A stretch of 49,540 bases of DNA from Neoconidiobolus thromboides FSU 785 (Eukaryota; Fungi; Entomophthoromycota). Each line of letters opens with the position of its first letter. Positions within the stretch are counted from its first letter, which is position 1. The notes beneath the pieces were generated by a model, which did not search any database, was not told where the DNA came from, and was given only the letters and a program-made list of their open reading frames with translations. Where the stretch lies: assembly GCA_025603075.1 (NCBI GenBank), contig MU626403.1, forward strand, positions 1 to 49,540, given 5' to 3'. Below, in pieces: positions 10,900 to 23,250 of the stretch. The translations under genes were made by a program, and so were the position numbers.

Positions 10900-13688
10900 A
10901 ATACAGTATTGGCTATATCAGTCATGTCTAAATTTTTGAATGGTTTCAGTACAAAAGTCCCTGACGATTTATTAAGAGTCATATTACTACTTAATCCTTT
11001 ATGTTGGGAGGGAAAAACCTTTTAAGTTTACTCTTTTCTAATAATTCGCAATATTCATTGATATCGATAAATAATGGAGGAATAGCGATGAGCTCCAAGA
11101 GATATGATTTCTGGAAAAGCTTAAAGCATTCTCATCTTCATTATTAATTTTGGGATAAGGTATGTTGCATTTTGAATTAATAAAGCCAATATTGTATTTA
11201 GGATTCAAAAGCGCAGTATATTCTATAAAAAATTTACTACTAAAATATGAAATGTTTGTATCAAGTTCATTAGATTATATATCTTTTAAAAATGGTGGTA
11301 CTTTGTTCAAAGAACTCTTTTTAATTTTTGGCATAGCTCCTTCTTTGCTATACAGCATTGCTAAAAAAGTACTTACATTTAGTAATTAACATATAATAAC
11401 CTTGCCTCTCCACCTTTACGTTCTTCTTCTACAGCAAGATCATTAGGAATTATATTTTTATTTAAACCTGGTATAAATACGATTGAGCATTCTATCCTTG
11501 ATAAGCATCAAATGCATCAAAATTAGTCGTATTTAAATTACCTTTGGGAGAATATAAAGTAGCGAGCTTGGCTGTGTCTTTGGTAATTTTTTTGTTAATA
11601 TTACAGCTTAATCCAGCAGCTTGGAGAAGTAGATTGATTGACGCTATGAAACCCACATTGTCGTTTTTTTGTTAGAACCAGCGTAAATAATTTTCTATTG
11701 AGTAATTATTCATTTGATCTTTATACATATTGCTTTTTGATCCCTCAGAACCATATGGCGAACTAATCATTTCAGCAAATTTAATCAACACTTTTGATCA
11801 GGTCAAACCGCCCAAAGGATCATTTTCATCAGATAGTAGGTCTGTTCTCTCTTCTCTTGATTTTATTGCACATGTATATTTGCACTATATAAGTTTGCGA
11901 TACCTTTAATAAATATGTCTAAAGTAGGCTGGTTCTCACTATTACCAATAATTTGATATGTGTGTTTAAATTGATATTTTAGTATGTGTATTCCACTATT
12001 ACTGATAGCGGTTTTCTAATACTCATCATATTTGTGACTCTACAGCTTGGGATTGTTTCGATTTAAACGATTTATAAAATCTTTGAATGTGAAGTTGCTT
12101 TCATTGCTTTTAACAATGTATTTCTAGTATTTGAGTTTATTCCTTCAAAAGGAAATTTGAATATATTTTTTATTAAGGGTTCATCCCATAGGTTTTTTAT
12201 AATATTTAAATAAACCCAAATATGTGCAACTTTTTTATAGCTAGACAGTCCAAAGTCTTTATCTTTTCATATAGTATCCTGTTATATGTTAATTCTTTTA
12301 TTAAAGACGGTATAATTCTTATTGCTTTTAGAAGTATTGAAATGTACTTGTAATTTATTCCTACCTTGAATCTATTTGGATTGTCTTTTATACTTTTAAC
12401 ACTGTCTATCATATACATTATTTTATGGTCATCGTTTTCATATTCAACTAAAGTTGGTCCTGGATGTTTAGCATTACTTTTATAGTCGAAACATTCACTT
12501 CCGCTAACATCTTCTTATTTTGGCTCTCGATTTCCATCCTTAAGTAAGATTTTGTTTAGAATATTTATAATTGAGTTTGTTGATCCAAAATTTTTGATAA
12601 AAACATGGTTTTTCATTCAAGCTCTTTTCTTTAGTCTGATATAAAAGGTTGAAATAAACCTCTTACTGTATCAGCACTACTTCCTCTATTATTCAAGCAA
12701 ACGAACTTGTGGCCACACCAACTATAATTTGATTGGACTGGATCCCTAACCACAATCGCAGTCATTTTGACACTTACCTGGTTCATGTAATCCTTTATCA
12801 TCTTTATAAAATATAGTTGTAAACGACTGGAATCTTGGTATCCATCACCATATAATTTTCTTAGGACTTTGGATTAATTTCAGATTGACAATAAATCTAG
12901 TATATACAAAAATCCCCCATTCTATCATGTCGTTGAAATCTAGATCATTTTTTGAATATAACTCCGAGCAGTATTCCGTATAAATATCACGATCTAATTC
13001 GAGTATATTGATTCTCTTTTCTCGGGAATCATCATCTAAATAACTAATGCAGACTTTTTCAAAATGTCTTGGATCATAAAGAAGCTTATCATCTACTAAT
13101 TTGTCATATATTATCTTAGTTCTTTACTTATGCTCAGGTAATAGTTTGAGGAAAAGCTTAATTCTGATTTTTTTGATTATACCGATTTCATTTTTTTTTT
13201 CATGAGCATAGGTAAAATTTTATTCAAAATTTTCTGTACTTTCTTCGTCAACCATACTTTTATCTCTATTGAATAACATAGACTAAAAAAATTGAATTCA
13301 TATATAAATCAAACGAATGGAAGGTTCCCGTAAAGTCTTCGCTTTTGGCAAAATATTCTTCAAGCGGTTCTTCTACTTCTATATCAAAGAACTTTTTAAT
13401 GAATTTAATCTTTGTTTTAATGCCAACGCTACCTCTTTAGTAAAGGTAATAGCTACAGATATATGGTTTGTTTTATTACTATTGTTGGTTCTATTTATAA
13501 TAGGTAAAATCACTTTTCCTACAACGCTTGGTACTAAAACATGAGTTTTACCTGTTTATTTTATACAGTTTATTAACTTTATATTTGATTCGATTACGTG
13601 ACCCTGGACCTGCCTATATAAATATGTTTTTGCTACCATTGTGAACTGCAGAAATTTGCTCCTCGATTGAGCCTTCCAGATGTTTCAT
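10900..13688 (-). pseudogene. Degraded UvrD/PcrA/Srs2-type SF1 helicase gene
   Basis: Motifs in correct order across changing frames: AGPGS|(R)KT (~13613-13545), AITFT..ALKQRL (~13450), GTFHS (~13325), DFNDMI, DGYQDSSRLQ (~12840), VVRDPVQS (~12745), KNFGSTNSIIN (~12585), QGIECSIVFIPGL (~11480), EEERKGGEARLLYV (~11410). Multiple stops and frameshifts; 3' limit approximate. Confidence 0.8.
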
Positions 13689-14349
13689 TACTGTTGAAAT
13701 TTTAATTAAATTTGTTTTTATTTATTTTTTTCATCTTTATCCAATATAATATTAAGGAAAACTATTAGTAAAAAAGAAACCAAGAAAAATACTCCAAATT
13801 ATTGAAGTGTTTTTTTTGTATCATTTTATCCATTTTTAAGCATAAAAGTTAGGAAACCCTCTAATAAAACTTTAATAAAAAATAAACCAAGTTTTTTTAT
13901 GAATTAATTAAATGTTGTATAAAATACAGTCATATATACCATGAATATTATACAATAAGATATTGAGTTTAAAAACTTCATTCAAATTTTATTAATTTAG
14001 AAAGCAAATGTGATAGACAATCACTAAGACAAAAGCTGTTCATTACAGTCCTATTTTAAGCTATCTTTAAACAACAATATTATATATATATTAGTAGCTA
14101 TTTTAATTCAACTGAATAAAGGAGCAATAAGCTCCTTCATCCCACTTCTTATATCTTAAATATTTAATAAAGGACTTTTAATGATATGAATTAACTTTGT
14201 ATCAGCTTACACGTAAATTTTTGGTGCGAAAATTCGTACCTTCCTTGCTTCATTTTTTGCAACTTTATTGCATTTACAGCAATTAGTTGAACAAAAGCCA
14301 CTTAAAAGAAAACAGAACTTAATTTTATTAATTCAAATAATTCACTAAA

Positions 14350-16103
14350 ATGCCATTGGTAAGTCCATACGATCATAACCAACAATCTCAATTTATTGAC
14401 AATGTACTTTTTAGGAATACGCACATCAACATAGGTAGATTAAGATTAAGACATGTTAATTTTTTAATTTAAATATTTATTATCCAACATAGTGGCAAGT
14501 TCAATTCAGCAAGCGCTTGGCATAGACCTAGTTTCAATCAAATCGTGTTATCGGATATTTTGGGCGTACATGATTTACCAAAGCAAAGGATTAAAAGGGT
14601 CAATAGACAAGCTTTTGTTTTCAACTTAATGATTGCTGGTAATTTTAAAAAAAATAATAGTTTTAAAAGATTTCCTTTCTAATAAAACATAGGTGAATCT
14701 GGATTAGGGAAAACAACCTTTATCAATACGTTGTTTAATACCGATATCTATGAAAATGTGTATCCTAAAGCACCTCAAAAAACTGATAAAGTTTCTATTT
14801 CTTCTAAAAGCTTTGGTATGCTTTTTTAAATCTTTTCAAAGTGAACTAAATGCTAATTATTTATTTAGAACTACAAGAAGAAAACACAAGTCTAAACCTT
14901 ACCGTTATTGATACCCCTGGCTTTGGTGATCGTTTAAATAGAGAAGAAGAGTAACTTGGGTTTTATATTCAATAGAGCTAATTTTATTTACTTATTTTTT
15001 GAAGTTTAATACCAATCCATGAATATATTGATGCTCAATTTGAGAGGTATCTTCAGCAAGAAAATAATAATAATCATCGCGAAAGATATCAAGATACCAG
15101 AGTACATGCCTTGTTGTATTTTGTTGCCCCAGGTGCTGGGTTAGTTTTATTATAGAATTCACAAAAAAAATTCCTGATTCATTTGATAGGTTACGTGATA
15201 TCGATATCATGGTTTTGAAAGAGCTTTCAGATAAGGTTAACATTATCCCTGTTATTGCTAAAGCTGATACTATTATGCCAAATGAAAAGGAATGGAACAA
15301 GAAAAAAGTAGATTTAATTAATAAGAGAACAGGAAGTTATTTAACCTTTTTTAAATAGATTTTAAATCAATTGAAACATCATGATATTAAGACATATGTT
15401 TCCGATTACAGTGATGAACATGATCTAAATCAAGAGCTTGTGGTAAGAAAATACAATTTCTAAAGTAGTGATTTAATTCATCTATAATAAAGGAACACTA
15501 TCCATTCACAGTCATGGGTAGCCAAGGGGTAATTAATAAAGGAGATAATTTAGTTAGGGGAAGAAAGTTCCGTTGGGGAGTAGCCGAAGGTAATATAAAA
15601 AAGATACAAATCAAAACTTATAGACTAAAATTCTAATACTAGTTGATAACCCAGAACATTGTGATTTTATACATCTTCAACAAATGTTAATGAATAACTG
15701 TTTACTTGATATCCTTGAATCGACTCATTCTATTCATTATTTCAAATTCCGTGCTACTAAATTACGTCGTAATGGTAGACCGGAATCCATTTTAGCTTGT
15801 GACGAAGAATTTATGAAGAGACTTGAGGATCGTAAAATTGAATTTTCTGATGATATGATACGTAAAGAAGAAGAATTGAGATTAAAATTTGTCAATCAAG
15901 TTAGAGAAAAAGAGCAAACTTTACGTGATCGTGAAGAACAGGTAAAGAATAATTTTATTTTTATATGGATAATGGTTTTAATTTAATATTTTTAGTTACA
16001 CTCTAATAGTCAGAAGATGATGGCTGAAATCGAAAGGGAGCGTCGTCAATTGGAACTGGAAACTAGAGAAATTGAACAACAATTGGCTCAACTTTCAGTT
16101 TAA
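14350..16103 (+). CDS. Septin with C-terminal coiled coil (Cdc3/Cdc12-like), many introns
   Basis: FNLMIA|[69 protein letters not shown]. Start inferred via 9-nt and 20-nt exons. Confidence 0.9.
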
Positions 16104-16302
16104 TCAAGTTAATATATTATCTATGTTTTAGATTATTTTTAGATTATTTGTTTTTTATAAAATTTATCTTATTACAAATTGAAATAGAAAAAAACTAACA
16201 TTTGGTAATGAAAATAATGATATTAAGCTATTTATTTAGTTAACATTAAAAAATAAGAATAAATCTTTTTTATAATATATAAGTCATGAATTATTATCTT
16301 AA

Positions 16303-18986
16303 TTAAGTAGCTTCATTAATAATTTCATAAGCTCTTTTATAAAGATTTAAGAGTTCCAAACATTTAGCTCTTTCATCCGCCAAAGTTTCATCTTCCATTA
16401 ATAATTCATCAAATTGTTCAAATTTATAAAGATGTGATACTAATTGGTTTTGTAATGTATCTTTGGTATAATTCACTAATAAATGCATGATGGCTTTAGG
16501 CACTAAATCTTGAATTGATTTACTAGTTATATGGAAATATGATTTAATAAGTTCTCCTAAGAATTTAAATTAAATATGTTGAATAAGTAAAATTGGTATA
16601 ATAATCTTACGTATAAGTTGAATCTCATTATCCTCATGCTCATCTGCCAACGTCTGGTCATCCAATTGGGCAGAAAGCTATGTATAAAAAATAAATATTG
16701 ATTTTTTCTATGACAATCACAATATTACCTTATCAATTTCACCATGATTGGGATCTTTCTCGCCTCCAAAGAAATTTTCCAATAGGTCGGCTTCTTTTGT
16801 AACATTTGCTCTTCTAGGAAGGGTATGAGATTTAGGAATGGCGATAGATTTACTAATAGCTTCTGTCCTAGTATTGGTAATCAAATGGGGGGTTTGATTA
16901 CTTTCTTCCATCGCATTCACTTCATTAGCTTTTTTATTCATACTTGAAGCAATATTTTCCATTGCCCCATTAGCGCCAATAAAATCAGGATGTAATGTAT
17001 TAATATAAGATAGCTGAATATCAATTAAACTTTCGACATAATTAACTGTTGGGGTTAACCTTTCTCTTAATAATTCAGATACTACTTCGTTGATACGGGC
17101 ATTCAATTTAGGAAACTTAAGTAATTCCTAAAAAAACAGTTATATTATTGAGTATGTTTATTATCTTATAGACCTTATATTAACTAGGATACTTACTTTA
17201 TTGTAACAACTATGACAAATTTTCATTAATTCTTCATAAACCAATTCCACACAGCGGCTACTTGGGTTGTGTAACAATTTGATCTGTGGTTTTATGAGTA
17301 TTTCAAATGCTATCTCTGGAACAAATAAAGAGGGCCTTGGTCCAGTAGAATTACGTATAGCTATACGTATATCTTGAAATGTCAAATTGGCTCCTGGGTT
17401 AATCGATTTTAATGCTGACCCATAAACATGATTAAATATGTCATAGATCCTTGCACCTCCACAGCTAAATATTTATATTATTTAAATAAATTTGGTTAAT
17501 TAATAATGACATATTATTTACAGTTCATGGGCATTATAAGGGTTAGTTCCATCAATTGAATTTGTATAATTTCTAGCAAAATCAGTCAATAATCTAAGTA
17601 CCATAAGACCCTAAAAAGGTTTAGCATCTATTTTAACATGTTGTTTGATATAAAGCTTACTTTGTTTTCATTTGATTCAACAGAAGGGTTACCATAAGAA
17701 GCCAACTCTTGTTGAGTTTGACCAATCATAGTATTTAATTTTGATTTCATATCGGGTAAACGCTCACGGATATGATTAACAAGTACCTAAATAATAATAA
17801 CAATATAAACCTTTATTATTTTATTAAGCTAAGTTGGCTTACTTGATTTAAAGTTTTAGCTAAATGAGCAGTGCCACATCGAGTGGATATACTTTTGTAG
17901 GCTGGGTGGGTTGAGAAAAAATCAGTTTCTGCTTTAAGAGAATCAATGATGGGTTTATTGGCTACCGTATCTTGTTGACTTCTATTTACTACTCCAATAA
18001 AACCAAGTTTAAGATTTAATACTCTTCCTGTAAGTATATCAAGTGCATTTGTTCCAGCATCCATTAAATCTATTTTAGTGATTACTCCTATTGTTCTTTT
18101 TCCTATATATATTCATCAATATTAATTTGAGTCACTAATGAATGTCCTTTTACCTTCTGGATCTACTTCTTTAGCTAATTTTAAACTCTCTGAGTTGACC
18201 AAGTCTACGTTAGCTGGACTAACTGCTAATATTATACTTTCAAAAAGCTTAATGATGATTACATTACACCTGAAGTTAATTTACCTGTTTGGTTTAGAAA
18301 TGTAATCTAAAATTAAAGAACGTATTTGTTTTTCAATATCACTTGGCTGGTCCCCTTAAATATAATTTAAATATTATGAAATTTAACTTAAGTTATTTTA
18401 TTTTACCTATTGGTATCTAAAATAATAATAATAATAATGATATTAGTCAATAAACAATAGTAAAACTAAAAATATACCCACTTTTGTCAAACCAGGCAAA
18501 TCGACAACAGTCAAATTTAAAACATGAGGTGAAAAGATTTTTAGATGAATAGGATTTCTAGAAATCCCTTTATTTTCACCAGCATCTCTAGCTGTATCTT
18601 CCTCAATTTCTTTTCTAACCTCAAAAAAATCAGTAAATACTTTCCCTGGACTGTGTAAAAATTGGGCTCTTTCTGTTAAATCTGGGTCTGCGTTTTGTCT
18701 TAAATTCACTAACTGTAATACTAATGGTCGTCTTGTTACGATCCCATTACCTCGTGGTAAAAAATCTTTGCCTACTAAGTTTTCTAATACAGAAGACTTC
18801 CCAGAGGACTGAGAACTACATTTGGGTAATTTTTGTTATTATCATTGTTATATTTTGTTTTATTATAGTAAAAATTTACCCAACGACTACAATTTGAGGT
18901 AAATCTAAAGTATCGTTACCAATGGTATTAAAAACATCTTGTAGTTTATTAACTAAAGGAATGAGATCTTCCATCATTGAAGCCAT
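16303..18986 (-). CDS. DNM1: Dynamin-related GTPase Dnm1 (mitochondrial/peroxisomal fission), many introns
   Basis: [81 protein letters not shown]. Confidence 0.92.
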
Positions 18987-19490
18987 ATTTTATATCTAAT
19001 CTTTACTAAAAAATAATTATCTATTTAATTGTATCTAAATGGCAATAGATTAATACTTTATTATCAGTGCTTGAATTTTTTGATTTTTTTCACTAAAGTT
19101 TCTTAGTTTTTTAAAAAACCGAATAAGTCACCAATCACTTCTCTCAAAACTTTATGGGATCTGGTAGCATTTTTTTTATTATGACATTTTTGGTCACCAT
19201 TTTGTTTGGTAATTTAAAAACTGAAACTATTTAAATTTTAAATCGGATAATCATTATCGCAAATTCTTGAAATAGAAATAAGTGTATCATGGCTTTTTTA
19301 ATTTTATCTGGATTTATTATATTTATTTAATATACACAATAAACCTAGAGTCATCCCAATGTTATCCAATCACTAAAAACAGAAAACAAGCTAAAAGCCC
19401 AATACTTAATATTTTTAATTAAAATAATAACTCTTCAACCTAAAAATCCTTTATATTCTCAAACAAGTTAAGTTAGATAAACTTTCAATA

Positions 19491-21188
19491 TTATTTTTTA
19501 ATAGGGATACAATAAGCATTTTTATAAAACGAATGACAGCATTGATAACCCCATTTGCCCTCTTCAAAGTAAGATCCCCAGACAGATGTATGATTTTGAG
19601 GATAAGCTAAAGAATGATGATAAGTCAATAAAGCCTAATAAATAAATAAATTTCCTTACCATCTTCCTGATACTTAGTTTTAGGAATTGCTTTCTCTTGA
19701 CCAAAAATAACCGCTCCCGTTCTCGAATATTCCACATAGCTTTCCGTTTGTGCCATTAAGAGCTCTCTATCGGGTGCATTAAGATGTTCAATGCCGCCAT
19801 ATTTCTCAAGTACTGATTGACGTGTAACATTTTTTGTTGCTTCTTTTTCATCCAAATGTTTTTTATATTTTAGTTCATATTGCGTTGGATTAGCTTCCAG
19901 ATGTAGCCCGTCTTCATTTTCTTCTGCTTCTTTCCAAGCATACAATTGTAAGTTTACTACCTTAGATGCATCGCCAGTTTGACGTATAAAGTTATCTCCA
20001 GCAAATGAAGCCTATATTGTTTTTTAATACATAAAAAATATCGAATTTCAGTTTTAACTTACCTCATTAGGGTTATCCTGGGTAGGATTATCTCTCATAG
20101 AGCGTGATTTGGGATCATAATAAGCCGAATCTACGTCTAAATTACGTAAATATTTGGGTATATCTTCGCGAATACTAAAGTATATTAATACATTTTTTTA
20201 AATTATAACAAAATTCTTCTTTTACCGTAAATTTTTTACTGTAGTTTTTGATTTTGCTCCTGCTTGCCCAGTCATCGCTCCTTTTTCAGCATATTTTTCA
20301 TCATCGTCGTCACTATCGTCACTTGACCCAAACTCCATATTGGAAGGATCGATCACTTTTTTAAGCTCTTGATTGGTGCTTATACCAGCTAATGCAGCTT
20401 CATCTAACTCTTTAGCTTTCCTTTTTTTACGTGCTTCTTCAATCATGTTATGTACTAAAAAAATCGATAAAAAACACAACTAAAATTTTTTACAATGAAT
20501 TTTACCTTTAAATAATTTATCATGCTCGGTTGCATCATACCCATTCCAACGATCTCTTTTACTATCATAATTAAACTCTAAATTTTGTATCACTTCATCC
20601 GGCTTAAATCGAATTAATTTCTATCTTTATAATTTTAATCTACACATTACCTTGATGTCCTTTCCAGTAAACTTTGCTCCAAGTTTTCTAGGTCTTTCAA
20701 CACATTCTTTGGTTTTATGCGTCATCGCACCACAATTTTGACATGCTCCTTTACGATATTTTGTAGCTGCTGGGCCCTAAAAAGAGTGATTAAAAACCAT
20801 CTTATATAGAAAATGAAAACTAAAAGACGTACTGCTGTTGCTCCTTTATCATACCAACTATCTTTATCTTTATCTTCAAACTTTTGTGGACGTTGATGCT
20901 TTAATGAGGGACCTCCAGAATCCAAATACCCTATTTCAAGTCAATTCAGTCATCATAGCATTTAAAGTATAGAATCAACTTACATGGTGCTTTTGAAATA
21001 TATTGTGGAATATGGGGATTGATCTCATTGCCCTCTTCATCCAATTCTGCTGGTGCTGTACCTGCTTTACGTGCCGCTTCTAAGTCTTTTTGCTTACGGA
21101 AATCCTCTCTGCTAAGCTTATTGACTTTGAATCAAAGGTTAGTATATCTTGATTTTATAAAATAATTAACATTACTGTTTGCCGCCAT
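19491..21188 (-). CDS. SLU7: Pre-mRNA splicing factor Slu7, multi-exon
   Basis: [46 protein letters not shown]; zinc knuckle [17 protein letters not shown]; [16 protein letters not shown]-type block; [18 protein letters not shown]. Confidence 0.92.
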
Positions 21189-21467
21189 TGTCTAATATTG
21201 AAAAAATTAGAAATCACTTTCAATTGCTTTTCAAACTAACTAAAATTAAACACTAAGTTTCAAATTTTAAACTATTTTTAATCTTGAAATCTGACACTCA
21301 GATTAGAAGTTGCTATTCATTGGATATTAAAATTTTAGCAAAAAAAATGATTTTTTATATAGCTGCTTCATTACAATTCCTTTGCAGTCTAACTAACTTC
21401 TCATTTAAAAACAAAGTTCATTATAAAATTCGAGCAAATATAAAAACCAGAAATAAAAATTATTATA

Positions 21468-21565
21468 TAGGGATGTATTTTTTTGCTTAAGAATTTTACT
21501 AACAGTTTTTCCACTCAAATAGCGCTTAAAAAATAGAAAAAGTTATGAGACCAAAAATAGCTTTG
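21468..21565 (+). mobile_element. MITE-like element (copy D), right end decayed
   Basis: TA-tagggatgtatttttttgcttaagaattttactaacagtttttccactcaaatagcgcttaaaaaatagaaaaag... Confidence 0.8.
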
Positions 21566-22770
21566 TATAGATAATTTATAAAAATTATCACTAATGAAGG
21601 CGTAAAAAAGCTGCAATGGTTGTAACTATTCATTTTTAATAAGTTAAAATTTTATTGAAAAGCAACTTTATTTATAATATACATACATATATCATTGAGC
21701 TTATTTAATGTATATAAAATGAGAACTTTTAGAGTTAATATAGCTTATTTACTAAGGTTTTACTAACATCGTAAAGAAATTTAAATAAAAGATTTAAGTT
21801 TAATAAAAAAGTAAACTTGAGTATTTTTATTTTTTACACTTAATTTATTACATTATTAATTTATATTTTGACATTAAAAATACCATTAAGATTGTTTGTT
21901 TTCATTTATTTAAAAGTAACTAGCCTTTTTAATTATCTCTAATAATCTCATATAAAATTTCTTATTGACAATATTTTAAATCATGAACCATACCCTATAT
22001 CACGATTTTTATAAACAACGACAAATTAAAGCTTCCATATATACCTTCAAATGAGGTCTAATATAATAAACAAAAACCACCGAAGATATATTTAAATTAT
22101 TTCGACCTGTTAGCTTTCAACAGCACTAATTTAGTAAATATAGCAAATATGTAAAAATTTTGAATTTTGGCTAAATTTACTAAATTTAATAAGTTTTAAA
22201 TTAAACCAGCTTTCTTTTAAAATATTTTAAAGTAGACTAAAAACAATATACACTTTTAAGAAAATGTATGACATTTTTACTTATTCCTTTTGAATAGAGA
22301 ATGTTTAAAAGCTTTATTCCATTAAGATGTATAAATGAATCTATATCTTTGCGATTTATAGGCTTTAATAAGACTATAAAAAAATTGCTTGATGCTATGA
22401 GTATAAAAAAAATTCAATGTTAATTGTGGAAAGATCGGATAGAGATAAAGAATTCAATAGCTTCCAAAAAACTAAAGGTTTTCTTAATCTATTGAATTAT
22501 ATGGCTCTATAAATGATTTAGTTCATTTAATTTAGTAGTAGGAGACGGCAGGATAGTAAGACAGCTGGAATGCTAATTAGGATCCATTTCTTCTATTTAG
22601 ATTTATTTTTATTCATTTAAAAGTTTTAGTATAATTTAACTTTGAAATTACAAATTATATTATTAACAATTTGATAATTTATCATTAATGTGAGGATTTG
22701 AAGGGCTCTAGGCTCTGTGGTTTTATTTGAATTATTAGTAGTGGGCAATATGTTATCAAAATTTAACATA

Positions 22771-22871
22771 TGGGGGCGTTTTTTTTGATTTCATCACTTC
22801 TTCGTTTTTTAAGCGCTATTTGGAGTGGAAAATTTGTTGGTGAAATTGTTAAATAAAAAAATACATCCCCA
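22771..22871 (-). mobile_element. MITE-like element (copy E)
   Basis: TA-tgggggcgttttttt ... aaaaaaatacatcccca-TA; reverse orientation of the core (taagcgctatttggagtggaaaa). Confidence 0.85.
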
Positions 22872-23184
22872 TATTCAGATTTATAGGAATTTATATTAAT
22901 AAACTTTATAATCAAACCTATAACCTAAGAATGCTCAACTTCTTGAATATAAGCTCTGTATTGATAAAACACTAAATTTATTGTCTTTTATTTCAACTGA
23001 TTTTAACATTTTTAGTTCAGATATTTCATACATTTAATTATGGAGAATAATAGTTAAACTTTCATAATTTGAAATTCTTTTAGCTGATAAATTTTTAGCT
23101 TCATTAACCCCTTGAGTATCACTAACCTGTCAATTTAGTTACAGTTAACCCCTTGATTTCAATTTACCTAAAGATGATATTTAA

Positions 23185-23250
23185 CCAATAAAATCTAGAA
23201 ATTTAGCTAATCAAAAATTGATTTGATCAGCTAAATTCGGATTTTATTAG
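23185..23250. repeat. ~30-bp imperfect inverted repeat (hairpin), 6-nt loop
   Basis: ccaataaaatctagaaatttagctaatcaaa / tttgatcagctaaattcggattttattag pair with about 3 mismatches and a small indel. Confidence 0.65.

Noticed and set aside
11385-11440. AVEEERKGGEARLLYV first looked like motif F of a negative-strand RNA virus polymerase (endogenous viral element)
   Set aside because: No RdRp motifs A-C follow. It sits right after a KGLE-like block and ends an ordered series of UvrD motifs, so it is helicase motif VI.
13317-13544. 75-aa plus-strand ORF with a hydrophobic stretch (also 11162..11389)
   Set aside because: Antisense to the helicase relic, whose motifs are on the other strand.
14992-15300. 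102-aa minus-strand ORF
   Set aside because: Antisense to septin exons and introns; no motif.
21284-21490. 68-aa ORF (also 39608..39856, 40837..41019, 46995..47177)
   Set aside because: AT-rich low-complexity translations that overlap MITEs or intergenic DNA; no motifs or splice support.
23104-23156. TTAA-CCCCTT twice, resembling piggyBac left ends
   Set aside because: No matching inverted right end (AAGGGG-TTAA) found nearby and no transposase remnant.
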